Shown: in pieces, positions 63,003 to 64,000 of the stretch
Layout: each line of letters begins with the position of its first letter
Numbering within the stretch: position 1 is the first letter of the stretch
Source of the DNA: Longimicrobiales bacterium
GTDB taxonomy: Bacteria > Gemmatimonadota > Gemmatimonadetes > Longimicrobiales > Gaopeijiaceae
Assembly: GCA_965238005.1 (NCBI GenBank)
Contig: OZ250165.1
Span: forward strand, 2,112,001 to 2,176,000
Reading direction: 5' to 3'
Length of the DNA: 64,000 nucleotides
Notes under the pieces: generated by a model
The model's input: the letters and a program-made list of their open reading frames with translations, nothing else
What the model was told of the DNA's origin: nothing
Database searches by the model: none
Program-made: the position numbers and the translations under genes

Positions 63003-63045
63003 GCGCCACTCCCCTGCCCTTCGGGCGGTGGCCGGCTTCAGGCAC

Positions 63046-63249
63046 CTACCCGAAGCTCTTCCGCTCGACGATTCCGTTCTCGTGGTGAGTAACGACGACA
63101 CATGGGCGCCCAGAGGCACTCGCGATCTCGTAGGCTCGACTGATCGCGTCCTTCTTCGAACGCTCCTGAAAGACCTCGCCGACGCCTTCGCGGGTCATGA
63201 CCCACTGCCAGCCAATCTGACGAATATGGTATGTGATCCGGTGTGCCAC
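63046..63249 (-). CDS. DUF2188-like small protein
   Basis: YHIRQIGWQWVM...SKKDAISRAYEIA...VVTHHENG. Confidence 0.62.
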   Translation of the reverse strand: MAHRITYHIRQIGWQWVMTREGVGEVFQERSKKDAISRAYEIASASGRPCVVVTHHENGIVERKSFG

Positions 63250-63287
63250 TCAAGCCTCAAAACTCACCTTAGGGAGGTGGCCTGATT

Positions 63288-63509
63288 CTAGCTACCAGCT
63301 GGGTGAATCCTCTTCGACCGATCGAGCAGCGCCTCGAGCTCCTCGTCGGTGAGGTCGTCTAGCTCGGCTTGGTGCTCGAGCAACACGGTACGCAGTTCGG
63401 CGCGACGAGCGAAGAGGAGAAGGGCCGAGGCCGGGTCCACCCCAAGCCTACGCCTCAGCAGCCAGAGCTTTCCATCCCTACGATCGGTCCAACTCCTCGT
63501 GCGTGCCAT
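63288..63509 (-). CDS. Small 'WTDPRDGK' family protein (copy 5)
   Basis: MARTRSWTDRRDGKLW...LDDLTDEELEALLDRS. Confidence 0.72.
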   Translation of the reverse strand: MARTRSWTDRRDGKLWLLRRRLGVDPASALLLFARRAELRTVLLEHQAELDDLTDEELEALLDRSKRIHPAGS

Positions 63510-63513
63510 GCCT

Positions 63514-63735
63514 TCACCTCCGAGCCTCATCAAGGAGCCACTCTAGCTCTGCGTCGGAGCGATCCTCGAGTCCGTCCTCGAAGTCCACCTCGATGCTGTA
63601 GCGCTCGCCGTCCTCGCCCGCAAACACCAGCACGTCCCGATCTCCTCGATCGAACCAGAGCATCCAGTAACTGCCGTCGCGGCGATCGAACCACCCGCGC
63701 ATCGGAGTTACCGTTTCGTCGGACGCTTCAGGCAT
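63514..63735 (-). CDS. Small 'WTDPRDGK' family protein (copy 6)
   Basis: RGWFDRRDGSYW...LEDRSDAELEWLLDEARR. Confidence 0.72.
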   Translation of the reverse strand: MPEASDETVTPMRGWFDRRDGSYWMLWFDRGDRDVLVFAGEDGERYSIEVDFEDGLEDRSDAELEWLLDEARR

Positions 63736-64000
63736 CAGCCGAATTCCCGACGCGTCGGAGGCCCATGCTCATGGTGCACGATAACCACGCCGGGCTTGAA
63801 TGCCTCAGCAAGGTGGAAGGCACCGCTGACCGCTTCCTCCTCGGACACATATCGAAGTGCGTCCACAGCCGTGTCCCATTGACGAACTGCCCAGTAGTCG
63901 CCGATCTGACGGACATAGAAGATGGAACGCTCAGCCATCGGTCTCGCGGCTTCGAGAATGTCACTAGGCTGGAAGTCGTCTAGGCCCTGCTCTCGCTCGC
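63546..64000. repeat. Direct segmental duplicate of about 25341..25795 (runs off the window end)
   Basis: Long near-identical stretches visible by eye, including intergenic DNA. Confidence 0.9.
63735..63938 (-). CDS. DUF2188-like small protein
   Basis: Near-identical to 25531..25734. Confidence 0.65.
   Translation of the reverse strand: MAERSIFYVRQIGDYWAVRQWDTAVDALRYVSEEEAVSGAFHLAEAFKPGVVIVHHEHGPPTRREFG

Overview
High-GC bacterial chromosome segment. Gene content and order look like Gemmatimonadota, which is inference only. Core blocks are: histidine utilisation (hutH-hutU-ftcd-hutI), preceded by an AhpD-like gene split by an in-frame UGA with a SECIS-like hairpin (likely selenoprotein); K+ channel and cNMP-domain Na+/H+ antiporter; PafA-type phosphatase; GlnRS-Yqey; transporters; hslV-xerC-trmFO-topA-aroK-aroC; and pilMNOPQ with pilM cut by an IS481 element. 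Next comes a locus of a ComEC-like MBL lipoprotein, two OB-fold-repeat lipoproteins and a truncated TonB-dependent receptor. Two accessory regions (about 24-28 kb and 51-64 kb) carry IS1182 and IS3 elements, decayed genes and co-oriented arrays of small genes: six copies of a ~65-75 aa 'WTDPRDGK' family, three DUF2188-like genes, a mini GIY-YIG and stand-alone receivers. A conserved ~35-bp motif recurs about 8 times at stop/RBS junctions in these arrays. This cassette-like architecture has no integron attC sites and is the most unusual signal in the window. All product calls come from reading motifs by eye; no database searches were run.
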